From an uncultured Gemmatimonadaceae bacterium (lineage in GTDB: Bacteria > Gemmatimonadota > Gemmatimonadetes > Gemmatimonadales > Gemmatimonadaceae), in contig CAWAGQ010000003.1 in NCBI GenBank assembly GCA_963781585.1, forward strand, positions 288,001 through 352,000: a stretch of 64,000 nt of DNA, read 5' to 3'. Positions 1 to 9,615 of this stretch are shown piece after piece (positions within the stretch are counted from its first letter, which is position 1; each line of letters opens with the position of its first letter). A program made the translations under genes and the position numbers. The notes beneath the pieces are model-generated. The model was not told the origin of the DNA. It searched no databases and saw only the letters and a program-made list of their open reading frames with translations.

Positions 1-1
1 G

Positions 2-181
2 CTCGAACGTCTGGCGAGGGACCGCGGCCTGCTGATGACGGGAGGCTCTGACGACCACGGTGCAATCAACGAAGGCCGTCTGATGGGAACCGTGCGCCTT
101 CCCTGGATCCACGTCGAGCGCCTGAATGCCGCCATCCGCGCGCGGGGCGGCATGGTTCCCGCCACCGCGGGAGCGCGGTAG
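2..181 (+). CDS. 3' end of a PHP-domain phosphoesterase (TrpH/YciV-like, possible 3',5'-nucleoside bisphosphate phosphatase), truncated by the window edge
   Basis: Manual translation LERLARDRGLLMTGGSDDHG...AGAR*; GLLxTGGSDxHG is the C-terminal PHP motif; TAG at 179-181. Confidence 0.75.
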   Translation, partial: LERLARDRGLLMTGGSDDHGAINEGRLMGTVRLPWIHVERLNAAIRARGGMVPATAGAR

Positions 182-217
182 GCGCGTGCCGGACCGGACA
201 CCCGTACGTCGCCACCG

Positions 218-1756
218 ATGACCGGGCCAGACGCCCCGGTTCCCGGCCTGCTCACGGTCGCCCCTGACCCGGCGCACGAGAGCGGGCCGTTCCGCTGGCC
301 CTCCGAGCGGCCGCCGGTTACGCCGACGGGCGGCGCAGCCCAGCTGCCGCCCCTTCCTCCGCCGGCCCGCTGGGAGCGCTGGGGGCAGCGCGCGATCGCA
401 ACCGGCGGAATCGCGCTCGCTGGCTGGATCTACTTCATGCCGCTTCCCGATGGCCTGGGAACGGACGCGCGAGGCGCTCTGGCGGTGTTCGTCCTGAGCA
501 CGGCGCTCTGGATCTCGAACTCGCTCCCCTACGGCGTGACCGGGTTGCTGGCGTTGGCGCTGCTCGGACTCAGCGGGGCCATGAAGCCGTTGGAGGCGTA
601 CTCGGCGTTCGGCAGTCCGGCGATCTTCTTCCTGATCGGCATTTTCGTCATCGGTGGCGCGCTGGTGGAAACGGGGTTGAGCAGGCGCTGCGCGCTGCTC
701 TTCCTGCGGCGCTTCGAGTCGTCGCCGTACGGCTTCGTCAACGGCATGATGCTGGCCGCTGCTTTCGGCACGCTGTGGATGCCGAATCAGGCCACCACCG
801 CGATGCTCTTTCCGATCGCGCTGGAAGTGGCACTGGCGCTGCAGCTCCGTCCGAAGGAGAGCCCGTACGCGCGCCACCTGTTCTTCTCAATGGCGTGGGG
901 GGCGATGATCGGGTCCAACGCCTCGTTCCTGGGATCAAGCCGCGCCGCGCTCGCGCTGGGTGTGCTGCAGCGGAATTTCACCACCGGCATCAGCTTCACG
1001 CAGTGGGTGATCGCCGCGGCACCGGTCGTGGTGTTGGGCCTGCTCACGACGCCGCTCGTGCTCCGGCTCACGATCCCCCGCGAGACGGTGCAGTTTGCCG
1101 AGGCGCGACGGGTCCTGGAGCGCAGCGTGGCAGCGCTGGGGCCGGTGCAGCGCCGCCACTACCTGACGCTCGCCATTCTCATCGCGACCGTGGCCGCGTG
1201 GGTGTTCGTGGGCGGACGCCGGGTTGACCTGGCGGTGATCGCGCTGCTCGGTGCGGCGGCTCTGTTCGCGGTGCGTGTGGTGCGCTGGGAGCAGGTCGAG
1301 CGTCACGTGTTCTGGAACATCATCCTGATGTACGGCGGCGCCATCGCGTTAGGCGCGGCGCTCGAGCGCAGCGGCGCGACCGCCTGGATCGTGACGCGCG
1401 CCCTCGGCAACGTACAACCCTCCCCGTTCATGGCGGTGGCGGGGAGCGCGCTGGTGGCCCTGGTGCTTTCCGAGTTCATGAGCAACGCGGCCGCTCTGGC
1501 GGTTATCCTTCCTCTGGCGTTCACCATCGGTACGCACGTCGGTGCGCCGCCGGTCGCACTGACGCTCGCCACGTCGCTGGGCGCCGGACTCGACTTCATC
1601 TTCCCCATGAGCACGGCGCCCAACACGATCATCTTCTCCAGCGGCTACCTGCGCACCACCGATTTCGTGAAGGCCGGCCTGCTGATGACGCTGGCGTCGG
1701 CGTGCATCCTCCTCGTCGTCATGCGGTTCTGGTGGCCGATGCTGGGGCTCCTGTGA
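218..1756 (+). CDS. DASS/SLC13 family anion (sulfate/dicarboxylate):sodium symporter
   Basis: 512 aa polytopic protein; motifs LSEFMSNAA and PMSTAPNTIIF; directly upstream of cysC. Confidence 0.85.
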   Translation: MTGPDAPVPGLLTVAPDPAHESGPFRWPSERPPVTPTGGAAQLPPLPPPARWERWGQRAIATGGIALAGWIYFMPLPDGLGTDARGALAVFVLSTALWISNSLPYGVTGLLALALLGLSGAMKPLEAYSAFGSPAIFFLIGIFVIGGALVETGLSRRCALLFLRRFESSPYGFVNGMMLAAAFGTLWMPNQATTAMLFPIALEVALALQLRPKESPYARHLFFSMAWGAMIGSNASFLGSSRAALALGVLQRNFTTGISFTQWVIAAAPVVVLGLLTTPLVLRLTIPRETVQFAEARRVLERSVAALGPVQRRHYLTLAILIATVAAWVFVGGRRVDLAVIALLGAAALFAVRVVRWEQVERHVFWNIILMYGGAIALGAALERSGATAWIVTRALGNVQPSPFMAVAGSALVALVLSEFMSNAAALAVILPLAFTIGTHVGAPPVALTLATSLGAGLDFIFPMSTAPNTIIFSSGYLRTTDFVKAGLLMTLASACILLVVMRFWWPMLGLL

Positions 1757-2355
1757 CGGCGGCCGGCGCAACCCTCTGGTTCACCGGCCTCCCGGCGTCA
1801 GGCAAGTCGACGATTGCCCGCGAGGTGCACCGGCGGTTGCTGGAACAAGGCGTCCCCAGCGAACTGCTCGACGGCACCGAGGTCCGCGAGAGCCTGTCGC
1901 GCGGACTCGGGTTCTCGCACGACGACCGCGAAGAGCATCTCCGGCGAATCGGATACGTAGCGAAGCTGCTCTCGCGCAACGGCGTCATCGCCATCTGCGC
2001 CGCCGTCTCGCCCTATCGCGCCACCCGCGACGAGATCCGGCGGAACACCACGACCTTCGTCGAGATCTACGTGGAATGTCCGATCGACGTCGCCGAGCGT
2101 CGCGATCAGGAAGGGATCTACGCCAGGGCGCGACGCGGCGAGATCCCCGAGTTCACCGGGATCAGCGCGCCCTATGAGCCGCCAACCGCTGCCGAAGTGC
2201 ACATTCGCTCCGACCAGGAGACCGTGGACGCCGCCGCTCTGAAGGTGATGCACACGCTGGAGCTGCTCCGAATCATCTCCGCGTCACCCGAGTCGGAGCG
2301 CGCGGCGCAGGAAGACGAAATCCGCCGGCGCCTGGCAGCGCTCGGCTACCTGTGA
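1753..2355 (+). CDS. cysC: Adenylyl-sulfate (APS) kinase
   Basis: WFTGLPASGKST P-loop, LGFSHDDREE, FTGISAPYEPP; GTG start overlaps the upstream TGA. Confidence 0.92.
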   Translation: MTAAGATLWFTGLPASGKSTIAREVHRRLLEQGVPSELLDGTEVRESLSRGLGFSHDDREEHLRRIGYVAKLLSRNGVIAICAAVSPYRATRDEIRRNTTTFVEIYVECPIDVAERRDQEGIYARARRGEIPEFTGISAPYEPPTAAEVHIRSDQETVDAAALKVMHTLELLRIISASPESERAAQEDEIRRRLAALGYL

Positions 2356-3851
2356 GCGGCAGCCACGACACAGCGCGGCGGACATCGGAGCGCCTCGTTC
2401 TCGACCGCGCGCTGGCGCATGGCGTGGCCTGGATGGGGCTGTCCAAGTGGACCGCGCAGCTGCTGTCCTGGGCGGCGACGGTCATCGTGGCGCGGATCCT
2501 CTCCCCCGCCGACTATGGGATCGTCGGCATGGCGTCGATCTACCTTGGGTTCATTACGCTGGTCAGCGAGTTCGGGATCGATGCCGCAGTCGTGACATTG
2601 CGTGAGCTGCCCGACAGCGTGTTGCGGCAACTCAACAGCCTCGCGGTCTCTTTCGGAGCGGTCAGCTTTCTGATCTCCTGCGCGGTGGCGCCGCTGCTGG
2701 CGAAATTTTTCAACACGCCAGAGCTCACGCTGGTCGTCATCGCCATGAGTGGCACGTTCGTCGTTACCGGATTCCGCGTCGTCCCACAGGCTATTTTGCT
2801 GCGACACTTGCGTTTCCGCGGGATTGCCCTGGCCGACGCGGGACAGGCCATTCTGCTCTCGGTCGCCTCGGTGCTCTTCGCCTGGCTCGGGTTTCGCTAC
2901 TGGACGCTGGTGTTCGGGGCCGTCATTGGTGGCGTGGTATCCACGCTGCTGATTCTGGTCCAGGCGCGGAGCGGATTCGCCTTCCCCCGGTGGCGCGAGC
3001 TGGGAGCGGCGCTGTCGTTCAGTCGGAATACAATCGTGGGTCGCATGGCCTGGTATGGATACGACAACGCGGACTTCTTCGTCGCCGGCAAGATCCTGGG
3101 AAAGGAATCGCTCGGCGCGTACAACCTGGCATGGCAGCTCGCGACGACGATCATCCAGAAGGTCACGTCGCTCATCGGGCGAGTTACTCCGTCGGTGCTG
3201 TCGGCCGCGCAGACGGATCCGGCGGCACTGCGGCGCTATCTCCTCGCGGTCACCGAGACGATTTCGCTGGTCACCGTGCCGGCGACAGTGGGACTCGCGC
3301 TCGTGGCTCACGACGTCGTCCTTGTCGCGTTCGGCGAAAAGTGGCTGGCCGTGGTTGGTCCGTTGCGTCTCCTGGCGCTCTATGCCGCGATTCGCTCCAT
3401 CACCCCGTTCTTCGCGCAGGTGCTGATGGTCACGGGTGAAACCGCGCGCGCGATGCGGATCAATCTGGTCGGCCTGGTGGTGTTCCCGATCGCCTTCATG
3501 TTCGGCAGCCGGTGGGGCATTACGGGGATCGCCGCGATGTGGATCGTGACGCATCCGCTGGTGATTGCGTGGCCGGCGGGCCGGGCGGTGTTTCGACGTA
3601 TCGGGTTGCGGTGGGCGGCCTACCTTGGCGCACTCCTTCCCGCGGCGACATCGGCGACGGTGATGTGTGCCGTGGTCATTTTGGGTCGTTCGCTGCGCCC
3701 GGCCGGTCTGGCACCGATCGCTTCGCTCGCCATCGACGTGCCCACCGGGGCGGTCGCATTTGTCGCCGCGCTCCTGGTGCTGCACCGGAATCGGGTAACG
3801 CGACTGTGGAGTTTCGCGCGAACGAACCTGATGCCGAACCGCACGTCATGA
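2352..3851 (+). CDS. Wzx-like oligosaccharide flippase (PST family)
   Basis: ARILSPADYGIV, SEFGIDAA, GKILGKESLGAYNLA; multiple TM segments. Confidence 0.88.
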   Translation: MSGSHDTARRTSERLVLDRALAHGVAWMGLSKWTAQLLSWAATVIVARILSPADYGIVGMASIYLGFITLVSEFGIDAAVVTLRELPDSVLRQLNSLAVSFGAVSFLISCAVAPLLAKFFNTPELTLVVIAMSGTFVVTGFRVVPQAILLRHLRFRGIALADAGQAILLSVASVLFAWLGFRYWTLVFGAVIGGVVSTLLILVQARSGFAFPRWRELGAALSFSRNTIVGRMAWYGYDNADFFVAGKILGKESLGAYNLAWQLATTIIQKVTSLIGRVTPSVLSAAQTDPAALRRYLLAVTETISLVTVPATVGLALVAHDVVLVAFGEKWLAVVGPLRLLALYAAIRSITPFFAQVLMVTGETARAMRINLVGLVVFPIAFMFGSRWGITGIAAMWIVTHPLVIAWPAGRAVFRRIGLRWAAYLGALLPAATSATVMCAVVILGRSLRPAGLAPIASLAIDVPTGAVAFVAALLVLHRNRVTRLWSFARTNLMPNRTS

Positions 3852-5461
3852 GTGTCGCGAGCCTGACGACGAATCGGGGACGCGGCGGCGCGCTGGCCGC
3901 GGTTTTCGCACTGGTGATTCTGCATGGTGCGTTGGCCTGGACGATTCGGAGTCCCGGGGTCGCGTGGGGCGAGGACGACGCGAGGTACAGCCTGCTGGCA
4001 CGCGAGCTGGCGCACGCAAGCTATCGCGATGTCTGGGACGTCGCGGCGCCGGTGGATGCGCGCTTCCCGCCGGGCTTCCCGGTACTCGTCGCCGCCTCGA
4101 ACGCCGTATTCGGCGAGCGTCTCGACGCGCAAATCGCTGTCCTGATCGTGATGTCGGCCGCGAGCCTCATCCTGCTGTTCGACGCCGTGCGGGGACGCCT
4201 CGGCGAACCCACCGCGCTCCTGGTAACGGGTCTGGCCGCCATCAATCCGGTGTGGTTGACCAGCAGCGGCAGTCTCATGTCGGAAACGCCGTTCCGCTTC
4301 CTGGCCATTCTCACCCTGTGGGCGGCGTCGGTGCCTGACGAGCGGCCGCGCCACGCGCTGATCGCGGGTACCGCGGCCGTCCTGTCGGCGCTGGTGCGGG
4401 CGGCGGGGGTGGCGGTGATCGCAGCCCTGTTCGCCTACTGGTTGAGCGAGCGACGCTGGAAGGCAGCCGCTCTGCTGGCGCTTGGATCGCTCCCGGTGGC
4501 CGGATGGCTGGCGTGGACCACTATCGCACCGGATCCGGACGCCCGGGCGCTGTACCTGCATGCCATCCTGCCGAACCGGCAGCTTTCCCTCCTGACTCGC
4601 GCACTGCGCGTACTGCGGCGCCCTCTCATGAACGGGCTGACCTACGGACGGCGGGGCGTTCCCGAGGCGCTGTCGTTCTTTGCGATCAAGCACAACGTAT
4701 TGGACAACGCCGCGTGGCTCCTCATCTGCGGTGTCGCGATGCCGGCTGGGTTGGTCACCCTCTGGCGTCGATGGCGCTTGCTGATCGCATTGCTGCTCTG
4801 CTATGCCATCGTGCTGCTCGCATGGCCGTTCGCGGATGTGCGCTTCGTCAATCCGTGCATTGGCTTCCTGTTCGCGCTGATTGTTGCCGGTGTGCTGCCC
4901 GCGACGCGTCGGTGGGGCCGTCGTGCATCGCAGCTGTCACTCGTGGCGGTGACAGGGCTCTTCGTGGTTGGCGCGGCACAGGGCGGGCTCCCTGTGTTGC
5001 GGAACCGGCTGGCGTGCAACCGGGCCGACGCGCCCCGCTCGGCGCCATGCTATTCCGAAGACCAGCGAGGCTACCTGCAATTGGCGGAGTTCGCGCGAGA
5101 CAGCACCCCGCCTGATGCGCTCTTCTTCGCACCCAAGGAAGGCGCGTTCTTCTACCACACCCAGCGACGGACAGTCTCGGACCTCAAGACGGTGACCGTC
5201 CCGCCGGATTCGCTGCGTTCCTACCTGGTCGCCAACGGCGTCCAGTACGCGGTGCTGTCGCCCATCGGCATTCCGCGTACGCGGCATAACAACCTGCTGG
5301 CACACACGTGTCGTGAGTTCGACCTGGTCCAGGCGTACGAGGGCGACGCCGTGCTGCTCAAGCTCCGCTCGGATGGGCCCACCAATGCCGATAGTGCCGC
5401 CTGCCTGGCAGCGGCGCCGTGGAAGGACGGCGTGCCACCTCGTTGGGCCGAGAAGCCCTGA
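3848..5461 (+). CDS. ArnT/PMT-like (GT39/GT83, GT-C fold) membrane glycosyltransferase
   Basis: DDARYxxLA in first loop, FPPGFP, LMSETPF; many TMs; ATG at 3848 overlaps the flippase stop, so the ORF-track start at 3512 is too early. Confidence 0.7.
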   Translation: MSVASLTTNRGRGGALAAVFALVILHGALAWTIRSPGVAWGEDDARYSLLARELAHASYRDVWDVAAPVDARFPPGFPVLVAASNAVFGERLDAQIAVLIVMSAASLILLFDAVRGRLGEPTALLVTGLAAINPVWLTSSGSLMSETPFRFLAILTLWAASVPDERPRHALIAGTAAVLSALVRAAGVAVIAALFAYWLSERRWKAAALLALGSLPVAGWLAWTTIAPDPDARALYLHAILPNRQLSLLTRALRVLRRPLMNGLTYGRRGVPEALSFFAIKHNVLDNAAWLLICGVAMPAGLVTLWRRWRLLIALLLCYAIVLLAWPFADVRFVNPCIGFLFALIVAGVLPATRRWGRRASQLSLVAVTGLFVVGAAQGGLPVLRNRLACNRADAPRSAPCYSEDQRGYLQLAEFARDSTPPDALFFAPKEGAFFYHTQRRTVSDLKTVTVPPDSLRSYLVANGVQYAVLSPIGIPRTRHNNLLAHTCREFDLVQAYEGDAVLLKLRSDGPTNADSAACLAAAPWKDGVPPRWAEKP

Positions 5462-5930
5462 GCCCCTCGGTGATCCGTCGCGCACGATGATCCGCGAGAG
5501 AAAGTCCGGCATCGCGCGCCACGGTCATCGCCCGTTCATCCGCCCTTCGCCCATCGCGCGCATCCGGACCTGCGGACGAAGCGCGCAGCCGGCCGCGGTA
5601 CCCGTGCGCTCCCGGAACAGCGCCCCGGCGAGAGGGCTCCGAATGATGTTCCCGTGGCACACAAAGAGCACCGAGTGCACGCCGCTCAGGTTCCTGGGTG
5701 GGCGCGCAACTCCCAAGGTGCGTAGTATCGCGCGTCTGGCCTACACGACTCGATCGCCGGCAGGAAGCAGCAACCACTGCTGCCCCATCGCGCGAGCCCA
5801 CTGCGGGAGGACCGCCTTCACCACACCACGAAGCCGCCCAGCCCGGACGCAGCCAGCGTGCTCCACACCCCCTCGCGGCCGCTGGCGGGCTGATTGGCGC
5901 GCGACACACCGCTCCGGGGCTCGCGGTCAC
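5462..5930 (-). pseudogene. Low-molecular-weight protein tyrosine phosphatase (Wzb/EpsP-like) pseudogene
   Basis: VLFVCHGNIIRSPLA (CX5R) in one frame and SSAG..ADERA..GLSLADHRARRIT in another (shift near 5595); in-frame TAG at 5741-5743; C-terminal half absent. Confidence 0.75.
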
Positions 5931-7318
5931 CGATCGGACACGAGCGCCGCTTCCAGCCGGTCGTAGAAGCGCGCTGCCTGGACCGACCGGTCGAACCGAC
6001 CATCCGCGTTGATCGCGCGAGGGCGCACCCCCGCGCAGAATTCCTGGTAGTGCCGACCAATGACCTCGGCGATGCCACCGACGTCGTCAGGCGTCACGAC
6101 GTCGGCGGTCGAGCCCGCGAGTGCGCACGCGCTCGCCGTTCCCCGTACGGTCAGCATGAGAAGCCACGCGTCGTACCGTACATACTCGAAGGTCTTCGCC
6201 GGGAGCGCCACCGCGACGTGTTGCTGGAAGTTGACCAGAACAGAAGCGCGCGCCAGGAACTCCTGCACACGGGCTCGTGGCTGCAACCCATGGGCAGCGA
6301 AGTAAGCGCCGATCCCGGCCTCCGCCGCGATCTGGGTGACCGGTCGGCCGCCGTACGTGCCATCGCCCATGAATTCGACGCCCAGATCCCGCGGAGTCAG
6401 CCCCAGGTTCCGCACCACGCGTGCGACCGCGAGAAAGAGATTGCGCGGGTCGCGACCGCCATAGAGGAGGGAGCCGGCGAACGCAATGACGAAGCGGTCG
6501 CGTGGACCGGGCGTTGGCAGAGGATCGTCGTCCGCGCCATTGCGAACCGTAACCAAGCAGTCTCCCAGATCCGTGTAGCGCGCCCGCATGGATTCCTCCG
6601 CCAGCTCCGTGTTTACGACGACGAGTGCCGCGTCCCGCACGCAGTCCAGTTCCAGCTGGCTCACGATCCGAAGCCACATCTCCGCGTCCAGTCCCTCGGG
6701 CACCGCCTCCTTGGCAAACCACGGATCGCGGAGATCCATGACGAATGGAAGCCCTCCTTCACGGGCAATCCGGCGCGCTGCCTCGTGCGCCATATGCGGC
6801 GGCCCCGAGCTGACGACACACGCGTACCGTTGCTGACTGACAAGCGCCCGTCCCAAGGCAGTAGCGCGTCGTACCCACTGCGCGGAGAGCCTGAATTCAA
6901 GGCTCGTGAGTCGGCTCCGCCACAACTTCCGGACGACGCCCCAAAGGGAGGCCCCTCTCTTCTCCGCCGCGGCCGGTGCGCCCGGCGTCGTCGCCCCGCC
7001 CACCCGCCGTCGCACCCAACGAAGCGGTACCAGGACAACATCAATCGGCCGCCAGGACCGCGGGATCCGGACGCCGAACGCACGCGTCCCCGGTGGCAGA
7101 TCCGCGAGACGACGGGAGTCCGGGGCGGCAAAATCGCGCGGGTCGAGCATGATGACATCGAACGAATAGCCGCGTCGGGCCCCATGCCCGGTCATCTTCT
7201 GCCACCGCAAAGAACCCACCGACGGATCGGGCGGGAAAGCGCAGCTCACCAGGAGCATCTTCCGGGTGTTCGCCTCAGGAGCGCCGGGAACGACGTAGGT
7301 CGGCTCGAGACGATTCAT
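5927..7318 (-). CDS. Glycosyltransferase (GT4-like)
   Basis: AFPP..VGSLRW, SSGPPH, DLRDPW, FAGSL, PAKTFEY; ATG at 7318 overlaps the wecB stop. Confidence 0.8.
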   Translation of the reverse strand: MNRLEPTYVVPGAPEANTRKMLLVSCAFPPDPSVGSLRWQKMTGHGARRGYSFDVIMLDPRDFAAPDSRRLADLPPGTRAFGVRIPRSWRPIDVVLVPLRWVRRRVGGATTPGAPAAAEKRGASLWGVVRKLWRSRLTSLEFRLSAQWVRRATALGRALVSQQRYACVVSSGPPHMAHEAARRIAREGGLPFVMDLRDPWFAKEAVPEGLDAEMWLRIVSQLELDCVRDAALVVVNTELAEESMRARYTDLGDCLVTVRNGADDDPLPTPGPRDRFVIAFAGSLLYGGRDPRNLFLAVARVVRNLGLTPRDLGVEFMGDGTYGGRPVTQIAAEAGIGAYFAAHGLQPRARVQEFLARASVLVNFQQHVAVALPAKTFEYVRYDAWLLMLTVRGTASACALAGSTADVVTPDDVGGIAEVIGRHYQEFCAGVRPRAINADGRFDRSVQAARFYDRLEAALVSDR

Positions 7319-8388
7319 CGGGCGGTGCGGCGCGCTGCGAGCGCTGCCACGATGCGCTCTGCGGCGTGCCCGTCCCATCCTTCCGGAATCCGCCCCCGCG
7401 GCCTCTCCAGCGCGAGTCGGCGAAGACGCTCCATCAGTTCCTCCGGATCCGGGGTCAGCAGGTTTGTCCCTTCGGTGATTGTCACCGGTCGCTCGGTGTT
7501 CTGTCGCAAGGTCAGGCACGGAACGCCGAGCGCGGTGGTCTCCTCCTGCAGTCCGCCGGAATCGGTCACCACCGCGAACGCGCCCTGCACCGCGTCGAGC
7601 ATCTCCAGGTAACCCACCGGTTCCACCAGACGCACCGCGCCGAGGCTGGCGTTCAGCGCCTTCAACCGCTCGCGCGTGCGAGGATGCGCGGGGAAGAACA
7701 CGGGGCGCTCCTCGGCGATCTGTCGCAACGCCCCGGCGATCCGATCGAGTCGGGCGGGGTCGTCCACGTTCGACGGCCGGTGGAGGGTGACCACGACCGT
7801 CTCGCCGTTCAGTCCCTGGGCGGAACGGAAGCCGCTCGCGCGCGCCCGGTCGAGGGCGTGGCGGAGCGTGTCGATCATGACGTTGCCCACGAACACGATT
7901 TCCTCGTCGGGTTCTCCTTCGCGCTGCAGCGTCGCGGACGCATCCCGCGACGGTGTGAGCAGCAGATCGGCCAGCCGATCCGTCAGGATTCGATTGATCT
8001 CCTCGGGCATGGTGCGATCGCTGCTTCGGAGTCCGGCTTCGACGTGCGCCACCCTGATGCCGAGCTTCGAGGCGACCAGCGCGGCGGCGACCGTGCTGTT
8101 CACGTCGCCGTAGACGAGTAGCCAGTCCGGGCGATCCTCGAGCAGTACGGGCTCGAGCCGCTCCATGATGCGCCCGGTCTGCACGGCGTGAGACGCCGAG
8201 CCCACATCGAGATTCACGTCCGGCTCCGGCAGTTCCAGTTGCTCGAAGAACTGCCCCGACAGCGATGCGTCGTAGTGCTGGCCGGTGTGGACGATCCGCT
8301 GATCCCACCCCTCCGAGCGCACCGCCCGCCTGACCGGCGCAAGCTTGGGGAAATTCGGACGGGCTCCCGCGACATGTGTGATTTTCAC
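7315..8388 (-). CDS. wecB: UDP-N-acetylglucosamine 2-epimerase (non-hydrolysing)
   Basis: GARPNFPKLAP, VHTGQHYD, YGDVNST, HVEAGLRS, MPEEINR, TDSGGLQEE. Confidence 0.95.
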   Translation of the reverse strand: MKITHVAGARPNFPKLAPVRRAVRSEGWDQRIVHTGQHYDASLSGQFFEQLELPEPDVNLDVGSASHAVQTGRIMERLEPVLLEDRPDWLLVYGDVNSTVAAALVASKLGIRVAHVEAGLRSSDRTMPEEINRILTDRLADLLLTPSRDASATLQREGEPDEEIVFVGNVMIDTLRHALDRARASGFRSAQGLNGETVVVTLHRPSNVDDPARLDRIAGALRQIAEERPVFFPAHPRTRERLKALNASLGAVRLVEPVGYLEMLDAVQGAFAVVTDSGGLQEETTALGVPCLTLRQNTERPVTITEGTNLLTPDPEELMERLRRLALERPRGRIPEGWDGHAAERIVAALAARRTAR

Positions 8389-9611
8389 TGCCAGGCCGCC
8401 TCGCCGACCGGCCCAGCGACAACGCGGGCCTCCTCGCCACGCGCGGTTCCGTTCACCAGACCCGAGATGATTCTGCACCGTTCAGACCAGTCGTCGTTCC
8501 GCACGTGCGCCGACTGCGCGATGCGCCACGCCTGGTCTCGTCCGTGGCCGACCGCGTCGCGCACGGCTTCCACCCAGATATCAAACGAGTCAGCGCAAAC
8601 AGCAATGTCGCTGCATTTCAGAACCTCGGGCAGCGCCGAGGAGACGATGGGAAGTCCCGCAGCGGCGTATTCGCGGAGCTTGATGGGGTTTACCGAATTG
8701 GTGAGGTCGGTCATTCGAAACGGCACCAGCGCCGCCTGGAACCCTCGACAGTAGTCCGGGAGCGTGTTGTACGGCCGCCGGCCAAGCAGATGGATATTGG
8801 GCCGGCCGGTCAAGGCCTCGATTGGACCCCTGGCACTGCCAATGAGAACGAACGAATACGGAAGAGTGTCGGCGAGCCGCGCGATGAGGTCGGTGTCCAC
8901 CCACTCATGAATGAGTCCGAAGAAGCCGACGCGAGGCTCGGGGATGGATATCAGGTCCTCAGGCAGGGCGCCGGGCGCGAGGGCCTTCGCGAAGTGGGCA
9001 TGGTCCACACCATGCGGGACGTAGTGCACGTTCGACGAAAACCGGCGACACCGCGCGGCGAGATCCTCCGCGCTGGCGATGACGAGGTCGGCCTCGCGAC
9101 ACAGCTCCTCCTCGGAGCGCTCCATGGTGGCCGCATCGTAGTCGTCGAACGCAGACCACCGGTCGACGCAGTAGTAGAGCAGAAACCGGCGCCGGAAGCC
9201 TCGCAGGTACGGCGCGCACTGGGGAGCGAACGCGCACACGAGCGGCTCCGTGTCCAGCGACAGGCGGCGCAGCTCCCGTCGGATGGAGAATCGGTACAGC
9301 GCACCGTTCAGCGCTTGCGCGACCGGAGATCGCGGGAACGGAAGGGCCGGCGGGGCGAGCACGTGCACGCGCGGCAGGACCTGGCGGGCGCGCCGCACGA
9401 TCGCCCGCGCCTTCGACAGGAGCCGGGCGCGATCGGCGGCGCTCCCGAGGTTGGGCGTGCGCATGCCGGCTGCCTCGACCCAAAGCACCGGGTTGGTCTC
9501 GGACAATCGCCGCATCACCTGATGCTTGCTGGTCGGATCGGCGGTCCAGTCATTGGCCAGGGCGACGATGCCGGTGCCGCCCAGAAGGGGATCGAACGCG
9601 GGCGTGGTCAT
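8385..9611 (-). CDS. Glycosyltransferase (GT4/GT1-like)
   Basis: PTSKHQVM, YYCVD, VPHGVD, GFFGLI, NPIKLREYAAAGLPIVS. Confidence 0.85.
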   Translation of the reverse strand: MTTPAFDPLLGGTGIVALANDWTADPTSKHQVMRRLSETNPVLWVEAAGMRTPNLGSAADRARLLSKARAIVRRARQVLPRVHVLAPPALPFPRSPVAQALNGALYRFSIRRELRRLSLDTEPLVCAFAPQCAPYLRGFRRRFLLYYCVDRWSAFDDYDAATMERSEEELCREADLVIASAEDLAARCRRFSSNVHYVPHGVDHAHFAKALAPGALPEDLISIPEPRVGFFGLIHEWVDTDLIARLADTLPYSFVLIGSARGPIEALTGRPNIHLLGRRPYNTLPDYCRGFQAALVPFRMTDLTNSVNPIKLREYAAAGLPIVSSALPEVLKCSDIAVCADSFDIWVEAVRDAVGHGRDQAWRIAQSAHVRNDDWSERCRIISGLVNGTARGEEARVVAGPVGEAAWQ

Positions 9612-9615
9612 CGTC

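Noticed and set aside
7319..8440. N-terminal extension of the 837-aa glycosyltransferase ORF
   Set aside because: Alternate-frame overlap with wecB; Arg/Gly-rich noise typical of high-GC DNA
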